This document shows positions 52,601 through 64,000 of a DNA stretch of 64,000 bases, piece by piece. Made by a program: the position numbers and the translations under genes. Location of the stretch: NCBI GenBank assembly GCA_016748015.1, contig JAAOMT010000553.1, positions 152,923 through 216,922 of the forward strand. The letters are read 5' to 3'. Numbering within the stretch: the stretch's first letter is position 1; the number at the start of each line of letters is the position of its first letter. Origin of the DNA: Geosiphon pyriformis uo1 (lineage: Eukaryota; Fungi; Glomeromycota). A model generated the notes under the pieces. The model searched no databases. It saw nothing but the letters and a program-made list of their open reading frames with translations, and was not told the origin of the DNA.

Positions 52601-55600
52601 ATCAATAGAGCCACCCAAAAAGATGTTCACTAAATGAAAGAAGCTGAATATATTGAATATACTATAAAATTAGCTGGATTTGATTATGAAGATGAAGTAG
52701 AAACCTACCACCAAATTGCAAGCCACACATATCCGACCAAAAAAGCTCAAATTCAACAATTAGAGCAAATGAACATTCAATTGTGTGAAGAATGTGTTAT
52801 GTCTTGTGATGACCAATGGTGTTTAGAATATTATGCTCTTAGCATTCCTCTGCCAGATGAGAATGACGAAAATGAAATCGAATTTGGAGTATCTGAACTA
52901 GTAGAAGAACTACCAACCACTCCCATCTATCTTCTTGAAAAGCAACCACCTCTACAACTTAAATATTTTGACAACCATGGCCAAGGAATCAGACCAGAAA
53001 AAGCACACGAAATTGATGCTAGATATGACTTAAGATACCCAGGAAAAGATACTTTGGTTCTCCAACCAAAGTTTTTGAAAAAAATCCATCTCAAAATTGC
53101 TCTTGAAATTCCACAAAGAGCAATGGTTCAAATTGCCTCCAGATCATTATTGGCAAGCAAAGGAATCAATATTAAAGGAGGAGTTATAGATGCAGGATAC
53201 ACTGGAGACATTTCCATCATATTACAGAATGAGACAGACAAACCATTCAAAATTGAACATGCTGAAAAAATTGCTCAAGCAATTTACTTACTCTTAATCA
53301 ACATTTCGGGATTACAATCAATAAACAACAGAGAACAATTGGAAAAAAGTGAAAAAGGAACTCAAGGTTTTGGTTCAACTGGATGATTTACAGTTCTAGT
53401 AAACATAGCTCTTAATACACAAAATGAATCTCACCAGATTTTTCAACTTTTCTAGCCAATTAACATTTCACTTTTTGAAGAACATCACAAAATTTATACT
53501 TGCTCAAAACCCACTACCACACAACAAATCTTTGAATCCAATGAACAAATCTGTTTGAAGCATGAAATCTCAATTCCAAACGTTTATATTCTCAAAGGAA
53601 TGAGAAAATTTTGAGTTACATTCTACAACCCAATAATTACCTTATTGTTTTATTAAACAAACTAGAGATTGAAATCATACACAGCAATATTTTTCAAGAT
53701 GAAAACCCTCAAATTGTCTTTAATTTCATCGAAATTGTAAGGCACACTCTACTTCCAAATTCAAATGTCATTCCTACTACTGAAAACTACTACTTTTTGG
53801 AAGAAAAACTCTCTTGAATCAACATGGGTCCTTTAGAATCTCAACAACAAAGACAATTGAAACAATTGATAGCTAAATTTGCAGATATATTTGCAAAAGA
53901 CAACAATGACTTGGGAAAAACAGACATTGTTCAATATCTGATCCATACAGGAGATGCTCCACCAAAACATCAACAAGCCTATCAAGTGTCACCTGCCAGC
54001 CACCAATTCATCAGAGAAGAGGTCCAAAGAATGCTCAATAATGGATTGATTCAACTATCAAAAAGTCCTTGGGCCTCACCAGTAGTTTTAGTTAAAAAGA
54101 AAAACGGAAAAATCAGATTCTGTGTTGATTATAGACAACTGAATAGTGTTACAATTGGAGATGCCTACCCTTTTCCAAGAATTGATGACATGCTAGATGC
54201 TCTAAGAAAAGCCAAGTTTTTCTCAACTTTAGACTTGGAAAGTGGATACTGGCAAGTCGAAATGGACCCAAAAGACCGACCCAAAACAGTATTTACCCCA
54301 AGAAGGAAACTATGAGTTCAATATTATGCCTTTTGGACTCTGCAATGCACCAGCAACATTTCAACAACTCATGGATGTTGTATATAAAAAACTCTTATGG
54401 CAATCAGTAGTTGTTTACCTTGATAACACTAATGTGTACTTACCAAGTTTTAAAGCCCATCTTATTCATTTGCAAGAAGTTTTTCAATGATTACGGAAAG
54501 CAGAATTGAAGTTGAATATTGAGAAATGTCACTTTGAAAAAACAAGCTTAATCTTTCTTGGGCACATTATTAGCAAAGATGGAGTCAAATTAAACCCTGG
54601 AACAATTAGTGCTGTCAAAAACTTCTAAACCCCAAAAAATACTACAGAGCTACGAAGATTTGTAGGATTAGCTTCCTATTACCAAAAATTCATTAAAGGA
54701 TTCTCAGAAATTGCCAAACCACTCAATTATCTTACCAATAAAAATGTGCCATACAAATGGACTGAAGAACAACAAAAAGCATTTGAAACTCTCAAAACAA
54801 AGCTGAAAACAGCCCCAGTTCTTGCTTACCCAGACTTCAACAAACAATTTCAACTAGCCACTGATGCTTTACACATAGCATTTGGTGTCATCTTATCACA
54901 AGTAGATGAAAATGGGCAAGAACAAGTCATCACTTATGCTAATAGAACACTCAAATCAACAAAACTAAAATACAGCTCAACTGAATTAGAAGCTGTCACA
55001 GTTATTTGGGCTCTTAAACATTTTCAACAATATCTGAAGAATGAAAAAGAATTTGACATAATAACAAACAACATTGGCCTCAAATGGCTCAATAAAAAGA
55101 AAACTGAACAAAGTGCCAAACAGTCTTGATAAAATAACTTCCTAGCAAACTACAGATATATTGTACACCACAAACCAGAAAAACTACATACCAATGTTGA
55201 TAGCCTCTTAAGAATAAGACAAGATTAATACCAACAACAATTCCACCACAGCTTACCAACCTACCAACAAAATAACCAAACAAAAATGAATCCCAGAAAT
55301 TACAGCAATCTTAAAAATTATTTGGAGACTCTTACTATGCCAGAAAACTGGTCTCCAAGTGAAAAACATTGTTTACAACACCAATCAAAACAATATTTTA
55401 TACACCAGAACAAAATCTATTATAAAAATCACAGAAACCCAAACCAACCACTTAGATTAGTACAAGAGAATAAAAAAGAAACAATTTTATACAACATGCA
55501 TACAGATCCATCTTCAGCACACTTGGGAAGAGATGGAACAATTCAAAGAACCCTTGAACATTATTTTTGGCCTCACATGCAAAAAAACATTTGACAATAT

Positions 55601-56670
55601 GTAGAATTTTGTGATAGTTGTCAAAGAAGAGGAGGAACTCGCCCCACAGAACCTTTAAATCCAATCAAAGTTGGACAACCTTTTGACAGAGTTGGAATTG
55701 ATTTAGTCGAACTATTACCTATCACAATCCAAGGAAATTGTTATATTGCAGTTGCAGTGAATTATCTTACCAAATGGTCTAAAGCTAGAGCCATCCAAAG
55801 AGCAGATGCAAAATCAGTAGCAAATTTCATCTATGAAGACATTATCTGTAGACATAGATGCCCAATTGAACTCTTATCTGATCAAAGAACACATTTTGTA
55901 AACAACTTGATACAAGAAATTTGTGAATGATTCAATATCAAAAGATCTCTATTATCACCTTATTACTCTTAAACAAATGAACTTGTAGAACGTTTCAACA
56001 GAACATTGTGTGAATCTTTAGCCAAAGTCTCAACAAACTTTGAGCAGGAATAGGATATCTTTATTCCATCAGTATTACTAGCATACAGAACACTGAAACA
56101 AGATACTATGAAACACACACTATTTGATCTTACTTATGGAAGGACAGCAATATTACCAATTAATTTTACAGTAGAAACATACCCAGTGCAACCAATCAAT
56201 AAAAAAAACTTTCAAAAAACACTCCAAAAAAGAGCCTACACTCTTTTTAGTACACTGGAAAAAAAAAAAAAATAGCAGCAACTCATATTGAACATTCCCA
56301 AGCTCAACAAAAAGAAAGACATAACAACAAATTACCATCTATTACCAACGAATTTAAAGTTGGAAATAAAGTTCTCTTACACAGAACTAAGACTGAAAAA
56401 CAATGGAGTGGGAAATTTGAAAACAAATGGAATGGACCATTTTATATTCACGAAATTCTAGGCAATAGATCATACAAATTAAGACTTGATGACAAAATAC
56501 TAGCAAAAGTTGCACATGGAGACAAATTGAAATACTATCATTCCAGAAACAATCCTGAACCATTAATTCCACAAATTGGGACACATCCCCTTTTAATTAA
56601 TTCTGAAGATATTTCCCGAAATTTAGAACCAATAATTATAATAAACAACAACCAAACTTAAACACTTAAA
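49612..56670 (+). pseudogene. gag-pol: gag-pol of element D, ancestrally one ~7-kb ORF
   Basis: ORF fragments 49643, 50303, 50786, 51308, 52403 and 52634 are all in one frame. PR ~51700, dUTPase ~52960-53385, RT ~53990-54600, RH ~54830-55220, IN with GPF motif to ~56560. No chromodomain. Confidence 0.93.
52960..53385 (+). other. dut: Trimeric-type dUTPase domain within Pol (also ~44980-45400, ~32445-32870 and ~63120-63550)
   Basis: All five motifs are present: DARYDL (AGYDL), ASRS, GGVIDAGYTGDI, IAQAI, KGTQGFGSTG. Confidence 0.92.
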
Positions 56671-56814
56671 TTTTACAATAATTCTCCAATAAAAACACAA
56701 AGACAAAAATAGTAAATAAATTACAAAAACACCCAAACCCAAAAACAAATAAAAATCTCATATCCCAAAAATAATTTTCCTTATTCTCTCTTTTCATAAT
56801 TAGTCAATTTTATT

Positions 56815-57522
56815 ATGATTATTCCCCAAAATATTCAACAAATATCCCAAAAGTTAATGTTAGTCTTAAAAACACTTCCTGACTTATCCATAACAATTAA
56901 TAGAAGTCAAATTAATTACATTCAGAAAAAAACCACAGTTCCAATAGCAAATCATTTACAGAACTATCACCCCTATAGAAGAAAAACAAGAAGTCACTCT
57001 GAGAATAGATTACCAAGACTTTTGAAGCAGGCACTAGAAGAAAATCTTTTAATTGCCTCTATTGACATTTCACCAAATACTACAATACAACAAAAACTTC
57101 TACTACTTCTTAATGAACAGAACAATGAACACACCCCTATCTATAAATACTTTCAAATTGGAAAAACACTTTATGAACAAAAACTAGAACTTGAAGCAAC
57201 AAATATCACTTCTGAAGTTATACAAAAACAAATCCACAATGAATTCAAAACAGCAGCTGGACCAACAAACACTCATTACAGACTGAGAGCAGCTCTTAAA
57301 CTCTATGACTTGTTCAATACTTGTGAAAATGTTTTACAAAATCCAATACTGCAACCAATGAAAGTCCAATACATTAGCAAGCTCACAGAACTGAAATTTC
57401 AAGAATTTTCAGACCAGATTACTTCAATTATTTTGGATCACTATCTCAATATTACAGATAGTGCTTGGACTTTGACGGAGCTCAGTCTTGAAGAGGAGAT
57501 TATGTTACCAGTAGAATTTTAG
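56815..57522 (+). CDS. ORF3 of element D: intact 235-aa protein of unknown function, running through the PPT into the 3' LTR
   Basis: Open ATG-to-TAG frame downstream of integrase, with homologs in C and A. No signal peptide or TM segment is visible. Confidence 0.8.
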   Translation: MIIPQNIQQISQKLMLVLKTLPDLSITINRSQINYIQKKTTVPIANHLQNYHPYRRKTRSHSENRLPRLLKQALEENLLIASIDISPNTTIQQKLLLLLNEQNNEHTPIYKYFQIGKTLYEQKLELEATNITSEVIQKQIHNEFKTAAGPTNTHYRLRAALKLYDLFNTCENVLQNPILQPMKVQYISKLTELKFQEFSDQITSIILDHYLNITDSAWTLTELSLEEEIMLPVEF

Positions 57523-58736
57523 TTATTAATTAGCATGAAATTACCCTTATAATTCCTATAATTAATTAGTATATTAATATCATTTCAAATTATCATTTAT
57601 TATTTAATCAATTATCACATATCACGATTCAATCAAAATAATCTAATTAGTATAACAGAAAGTAGGATGATCAAATTACACAATACTCTGAACTTTATAA
57701 TATTCAAAAATTCGCCGAAATTTACAGAAATTTGCCAAAATTTATAAGAAATTTGCCGAAATTATGAATAGTTCACCCAAATTAATCAATAATTCAGCAA
57801 AATAACTTGTAGTTCATCAAAATGTATCTTTAATTTGCTGAAATTTGAGCAAAGAGAAAAAGTGCAAGTTCATAGACTAGTACTACAACAAGCTGTATAA
57901 AAGAAGAGCTTTTCTCTTCAAGAAAAGGTATCTTACTTTAGATTTATCACTTAGAACCATTCCTATACACACAAAAAGAAATAAATATCAAATAATTCGA
58001 AAAACCAAATTCTTTAATTATTACACTTGGAAAATCTTCAAAACCCAACTAACGTTTTGAAATTGATTAGCTACCAATTTCAATAAACTGTTAGTGATTT
58101 CACGCCTGGATAGAAAACGTTTCCCTTGATAAAATCCTATTTCTTTTACATTTCTTTTATTTTTCTTTTTTTTTCTTATTACAATCATTAGGGTAGCCTA
58201 CAGATGAGATTCCTGTAAAAGAGTTGACTTTCACAGCAAAGTAACTACACATTTTAGTGAGCTTCTAGACAAGCAATTTCTGGGAAAGAGTTGATGTTTA
58301 CTACAATGTAACTATATAAAATAACTGGCAAGGAATTGGCCATTCCTTTCATAAGCCCAGCAGTTCAAATTATAAGAGATAATTTGAAGATAAATTCAGT
58401 TATTGGAGGTTCAATTGCTTCCAGAAAACGTGAAATTAACAACAGACAAACAGTAACAACATTCAAGAAAAAAGACCAAAAACCTCTGATAACAATATTC
58501 TCCTTTAATTAATCTTGAAGATATTCTCTGAAATTTAGAACCAATAATTATAATAGAATAACAACCAAACTTAAACACTTAATTCAACATAATTTTACAA
58601 TAATCTTTAATAATACACAAAAGACAAAAATAATAAATAATTACAAACACCCAAAACCCAAAAACAAATAAAACCCCAGACCCAAAAAAAAATATTTTTC
58701 TTTATTTTTCTTTTTCACTAATTAGTCAATTTTATC

Positions 58737-59444
58737 ATGATTATTCCCTAAAATATTCAACAAATATTCCAAAAATTAATGTTAGTCTTGAAAACACTTC
58801 CTGACTTATCCATAACAATTAATGAAAGTCAAATCAATTACATTCAAAAAGAAACCACAGCCCCAGTAATAAATAATTCTCAGAACTACCACCCCTATAG
58901 AAGAAAAACAAGAAGTCACTCTGAGAATAAGTTACCAGAACTTTTGAAGCAGGCACTAAAAGAAAACTTTTTATCTGCCCCTATTGACATTCCACCAAAT
59001 GCTACAATGCAACAAAAACTTTTACTACTTCTCAATGAACAGAACAATGAACACATTCTTATATTTAAATACTTTCTGCATTGGAAAAGCACTTTATGAA
59101 TGAAAACTAGAACTTGAAGCAACAAATACCAACCCAGAAGCCATACAAAAACAAATTCACAATGAATTCAAGACAGCAGCTGGATCAACAAATACTCGCT
59201 ACAAACTTAGAGCAGCTCTTAGACTCTATGACTTGTTTAATACTTGTGAAAACGTCCTACAAAGCCCAATACTTCAATCATTGAAATACAATACATTAAA
59301 AAGCTCACAAAACTGAAATTTCAACAATTTTCAGAGCAAATCACTTCAATTATTTTGGATCACTATCTCAATATTACAGATAGTGCTTGGATTTCGACGG
59401 AGCTCAGTCTTGAAGAGGAGATTATGTTACCAGTAGAATTTTAG
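58737..59444 (+). pseudogene. ORF3 of element C (stop at codon 5, frameshifts)
   Basis: Colinear with 56815-57522. Confidence 0.85.
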
Positions 59445-60406
59445 TTATTAATTAGCATGAAATTACCCTTATAATTCCTATCATTAATTAACATATTAAT
59501 ATCAATCCAAATTATCACTTATTATTTAATCAATTTATCACATATCACGATTCAATTAATAATCTAATTAGTACAACAGAAAGTAGGATGATCAAATTAC
59601 ACAATACTCTGAACTTTGTAACATTCTAAAATTCGCCGAAATTTACAAAAATTCGCCGAAATTTATAGAAATTTGCCGAAATTATGAATAGTTTATCCAA
59701 ATTAATTAATAGTTCAGCGAAATAACTTGTAGTTCATTAAAATGTATTTTTAGTTTGCCAAAATTTGAGCAAAGAGAAAAAGTGCAAGTTCATAGACTAG
59801 TACTACAACAAGTTGTATAAAAGAAAAGCTTTTCTTTTCAAGAAAATGTATCTTACTTTAGATTTATTACTTAGGACCATTCCTATATACACAAAAAGAA
59901 ATAAATATCAAATAATTCAAAAAAACCAAATTCTTTAATTATTGCACTTGGAAAATCCCCAAAACCCAACTAGCGTTTTGAAATTAATTAGCTACCAATT
60001 TCAGTAAACTGTTAGTGACTCCAGGCCTGGATAGAAAACGTTTCTCTTGATTTCTTTTACATTTTTTTTATTTTTTTATTTTTTTTCTTATTATAATCAT
60101 TAGGGTAGCCTACAAACGAGATTCCTGTAGAAGAGTTGACTTTTACAGCAAAGTAACTACACATTTTTAGTAAACTTCCAAATGAGCAATTCCTGGGAAA
60201 GAGTTGACATTTACTACAACGTAACTACATAAAGTAACTGGCAAGAAATTGGCCATTCCACTTATAAGCCTAGCAGTTCAAATTATAGGAGATAATTTGA
60301 AGATAAATTCAGCTATTAGAGGTTTAACTACTTCTAGAAAACGTGAATTTGCAACCAACAGACAGTTACAACATTCAAGAAAAGAGACCAAAAACCTCCA
60401 ATAACA

Positions 60407-63400
60407 CCGTATACTAATTTAAATGGTGTTGTTTATATAGTGTCATGCTTTATTGTCTGATAAACAAATAACACTAATAGTATAATTAAATCCCATTTAT
60501 CCTGGTTTTTTTGGCTGATTTTGGCAATGGCTTCACACAATGTTCTGTTGAATCTTTTGACTAACTCATTTGTTTGTGGATAGTATAGTGATAATAATAG
60601 TCTTTTAATTCTAAATTTTTGACTTAATTCTGCTAGTGTTTTATTTACAAAGTAAGTTTCTTGATCTGATAGTAGTTCTTTTGGACATCTGTGTTGACAA
60701 ATCAAATCTTGATGAACAAATTTGGCAATGGATTTTGTATCTGCTTTTTGAATTGCTTTTGCTTCTGGCCATTTTGTGAAATAGTCCATGGTTACTACAA
60801 TATATCTGTTGCCTTTGCTGGTTATTGTTAATGGTTTGACTAAGTCAATTCCAATGCAGTCAAATAGTTGTCCCACTTTGATTGGTCTCAATGGTTCACT
60901 GGGTTTTGTTCCTTCTTTTCTCTGACAAGCATCACAATTTTGAACATATTAGATGATATCTGGATACATTGATGACCAATAGTATTTTTTTTTGGTTCTC
61001 TTTATTGTTGCTTCTTTATGGAAATGTTCTGCTGTTAGATTTGAGTGCATGTTGAACAATATTGTTTCTTTCTCTGGTTTTGTGATTACTTTGGTTGGTT
61101 GATCTGTATTTTTTTGTTTTTGTGATAAAGTATATTTTGGTAGTTGATAAAATATTTTGATTGTTGTTTTATGTTGTTTTGTTTCTTTTGAAATAATTTC
61201 TTCTTGAACAATTGGGTATTTATATAATGTTGGAGTTGTTAGTATTTTTGTATATTTATGTTTTGTTATATTTTTTGGGTTAAAATGTTTTTAGATTTGT
61301 CTTATTTGTGACAAACCATGAGCATTTTTATTGCCTTTTCTTATTTTATAATATATTGTAAATATATATGGTGATAGTGCTATTTTCTATCTTACATGAT
61401 GATCATTTTCAAATTTTTGCTTCTGGATTAAAGTTAATTTTTTATGATTAGTATACACATTAAACTTTTGACTCAAGTATTTTTTCTATTTTATGACTGC
61501 CCAATAGATAGCTAAGTGTTCCAATGCTGAAGTTCCATAGTTTTTTTCAGCTGGATTTAAGCTTCTACTGGTATAAGCTACTAGATGTTTTCATTCATCT
61601 AGTTTTTTTTAAGATAATACTGCTCCAAATGCTTGACCTGATGCATCTGTGGTAATGATAAATAGTTTGCTGTAATCTGAATACATCAACACTGGAGCTT
61701 AAATAAGCTTTTTTTTTAGTGTGTCAAATGCTTCTTGTTGAGCTTCTGTCCATTTATACTTTATATTCTTGGTTTGTAAATGATAGAATAGCTGAGCTAG
61801 TTTAGAAAAATTTTTAATAAAGCAGTGATAATAGTCTGTAAATCCCAAAAATGCTCTCAGTTCCATCAAGTTGGTTAGTACTGGAAAGTTTTTTACTATT
61901 GCAATTTTATCTGGATCTGTTTTAATGCTATCTTTGCTTACAATATGTCCCAAAAATTTCAACTCTGTTTTGCTAAAAAAACATTTGGTTATATTTAATT
62001 TCAATCTTGCCCTTCTCAATCTTTCAAACACTTGTTGAAAATAATGTAGATGGTCATCAAATGTCTTGAAAAACACATTGGTGTCATCTAAGTAAACAAC
62101 TACTAATTTTCACAGTAGTCTAGTATAGACAATTTCTATAAGCCATTAAAATATTGCTGGAGCATTTATCAAGCCAAATGGTATTACTTCGAACTCAAAA
62201 TTTTTTTTCTGGGTTGTGAAAGCTGTCTTCTTTTTATCTTCTGGTTTCATGGCTACTTACCAGTAATTACTGTCTAAGTCCAAAGTTGAGAACCATTTTT
62301 TTCCTCCAAAAGCATCGAAAAGTTCTTGGATCTTTGGAGTTGGATAGCTATCTCCTTTTGTTACTCTATTTAGTTTCCAGTAATCCACACAAAAGCAGAT
62401 TTTTCTATTTTTCTTATGGACTAATACCATTGGTAATAACCATGGGCTTATTAATGACTGAATTAGCCTGTTGTCAAGCATTTGATTGATTTCTTGATGA
62501 ATGATTTCATGGCTGGCTGGTGGTACTCTGTATGCTCTCTGTTTAATTGGCATTGTATTTCTAGTCTTGATTTGATGCTGGATAATATCAGTTCTGCCAA
62601 ATTCGTTTTCACTGACAAAGATGTTATTGAAGTTGTTAAGTAACATCTTGAGTTCTATACATTGTAGTGGATCTAGATTTTCCAAGTTCATCTGTTCCAA
62701 CTGTTCTGGTTGGAGCAGATAACATTTTTCTTGTCTGTATATGGTTTGAGATATAATATCTACATATCCACACAGTTGTGAAAAGTTTGGAATAGTGTTT
62801 GGAAGTTGGTTCTCAATTTCTGTAGTCAAACATTCAATGGTGGTTCCTTCCAGTATCTCAATGATATTTCCCATGTTATTATAAATGGGAATTTTAATGT
62901 GTTTGTGGTTTTTGGCTGGTATGTATAGATTGACTAATCCAATCTTTTCTGATTTACAAAGTGTTGTTTCTGCTTCAAACATCTAAACCTGATCTTTTAC
63001 TTTTCTTTCTATGACTACTATGTATTAATTATATGGTGAAATAGAGATTGATTGACAGATAGAGATAATTTCTTTCTTGTCAATAATCTTTTCTTCCACC
63101 ATATTGACTGGTACATCTATTCTACTTGTGGACCCGAATTCCTGCATCCCTCTAGCTGTAATCCCTAATTCTTTCCTGTTTCCTACTGACACTAACTGAG
63201 CTATTTTTATCAGAGGTAGAAATATTGTCTGTGCTATTTTTTGTTTGGCTCTATAATATAGGCTTTTTCAGAGTCATTCTGTAGCATTACAATAATGTTT
63301 TCTACATATCCTGTATTAATTATTCCTCTTCTGATGTTTATTCCCTTTTTTGCTAAACTACTCTTAGATGCTAGTTGAACCATTGTTGTTGCTGGGATTT

Positions 63401-64000
63401 CCAGTGCTATTTTGAAATCAATATAGATGTGCAAATGTGGTTCTAATTTGATGGTGTCTTTTCTGGGATATTTCAGATCAAATCTTACATCAGTATCATG
63501 TGCACATTCTGGCATAATACTTTCATTATTATTACTGAACCATCTGAGTTTCTGCTTTTTGGAGAGATCAAGAAGTGTGATGTATGTTTTGGAATTTGAA
63601 TTGGAGTCTGAATCATTGTTATTTTCATTGCCATATTGAGCAGAGCTAGAACCATTGTTTTCATTATTATTGTTGTTGGAGTTTGAATCAGAATTGAAAA
63701 TTGATTCCAATTCTAATGCACAGCTGCTGATTGGTCTTTTTTCTTCTGAAATTGTGTAGATTATGCATAGTAGTGGATTGTAAATAAGGTTACAATCATC
63801 ACAATATTCAAAATCACTGGAAATTAAACAATGTTAGCATAGTCTGGTATTTAATTCTTCTAGCTGTTGTTCCTGTTCTTTTTTTGTTAGTGCTAGGTTC
63901 TGATAGTGCTTGTGAAATTCCTTTGGGCCTGCTTTAATATCAAAAAAAACATCAGAATTTGGAATGAAAACTGTCTCTACTGGTTCTGATGAATTGTTTT
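60407..64000 (-). mobile_element. Element E: family-A Ty3/Gypsy pol fragment (Cys-rich end, dUTPase, RT, RH, IN truncated at the C LTR); continues beyond the window
   Basis: Colinear with A 29726-33240; YLDD, DYFTKWPEA and GFGST-like motifs present. Confidence 0.92.

Larger units (their letters stand above)
48606..58494 (+). mobile_element. Element D: full-length Ty3/Gypsy element of the same family, nested in C; LTRs 48606-49597 and 57503-58494; TSD ACAT/ATAT
   Basis: LTR pair, PBS TGGTGTTCTTCC at 49600, PPT 57490-57499. The flanks rejoin to the C integrase tail. Confidence 0.95.
40564..60406 (+). mobile_element. Element C: Ty3/Gypsy element (LTRs 40564-41575 and 59425-60406), interrupted by element D
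   Basis: LTR pair sharing subfamily-diagnostic bases, PBS TGGTGCTCTCTC at 41578, PPT gaagaggaga at ~59412-59421. The internal region resumes at 58495. Confidence 0.92.

Noticed and set aside
53590-53640. Programmed frameshift between dUTPase and RT in D
   Set aside because: Element C is in frame across this point; D has a private 1-nt deletion.
56400-56670. Chromodomain at the integrase C-terminus
   Set aside because: The sequence ends shortly after the GPF module with no chromodomain aromatic-cage pattern.
56815-57522. ORF3 as an env glycoprotein
   Set aside because: No signal peptide, TM anchor or evident fusion peptide; only one Cys.

Overview
AT-rich eukaryotic DNA with spliceosomal introns. 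It is most likely a Glomeromycotina/Mucoromycota fungus; this is inferred from the TKL-kinase family and the transposon content. 1-12.4 kb is a transposon graveyard (hAT relic, old LTRs) with three decayed TKL-kinase copies, one intact 4-exon small secreted protein gene, and a 730-bp duplication around an N-gap that is probably an assembly artefact. 13.7-22.6 kb is a gene island with a secreted, probably GPI-anchored BBE/AA7-type flavoenzyme whose BBE domain is split by a ~230-aa N/G/S repeat, a Myb/SANT (trihelix-like) gene, and a 6-exon 7-TM protein. 27.4-64 kb is a nest of Ty3/Gypsy LTR retroelements from two related families: elements A and E on the minus strand, C with D nested inside it on the plus strand, plus solo LTRs. 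Both families share an unusual layout: extended Gag - PR - Cys-rich domain - dUTPase - dUTPase-like domain - RT - RH - IN, followed by a conserved non-env third ORF with its own putative expression signals. All copies are riddled with C>T/G>A transitions in a RIP-like pattern.
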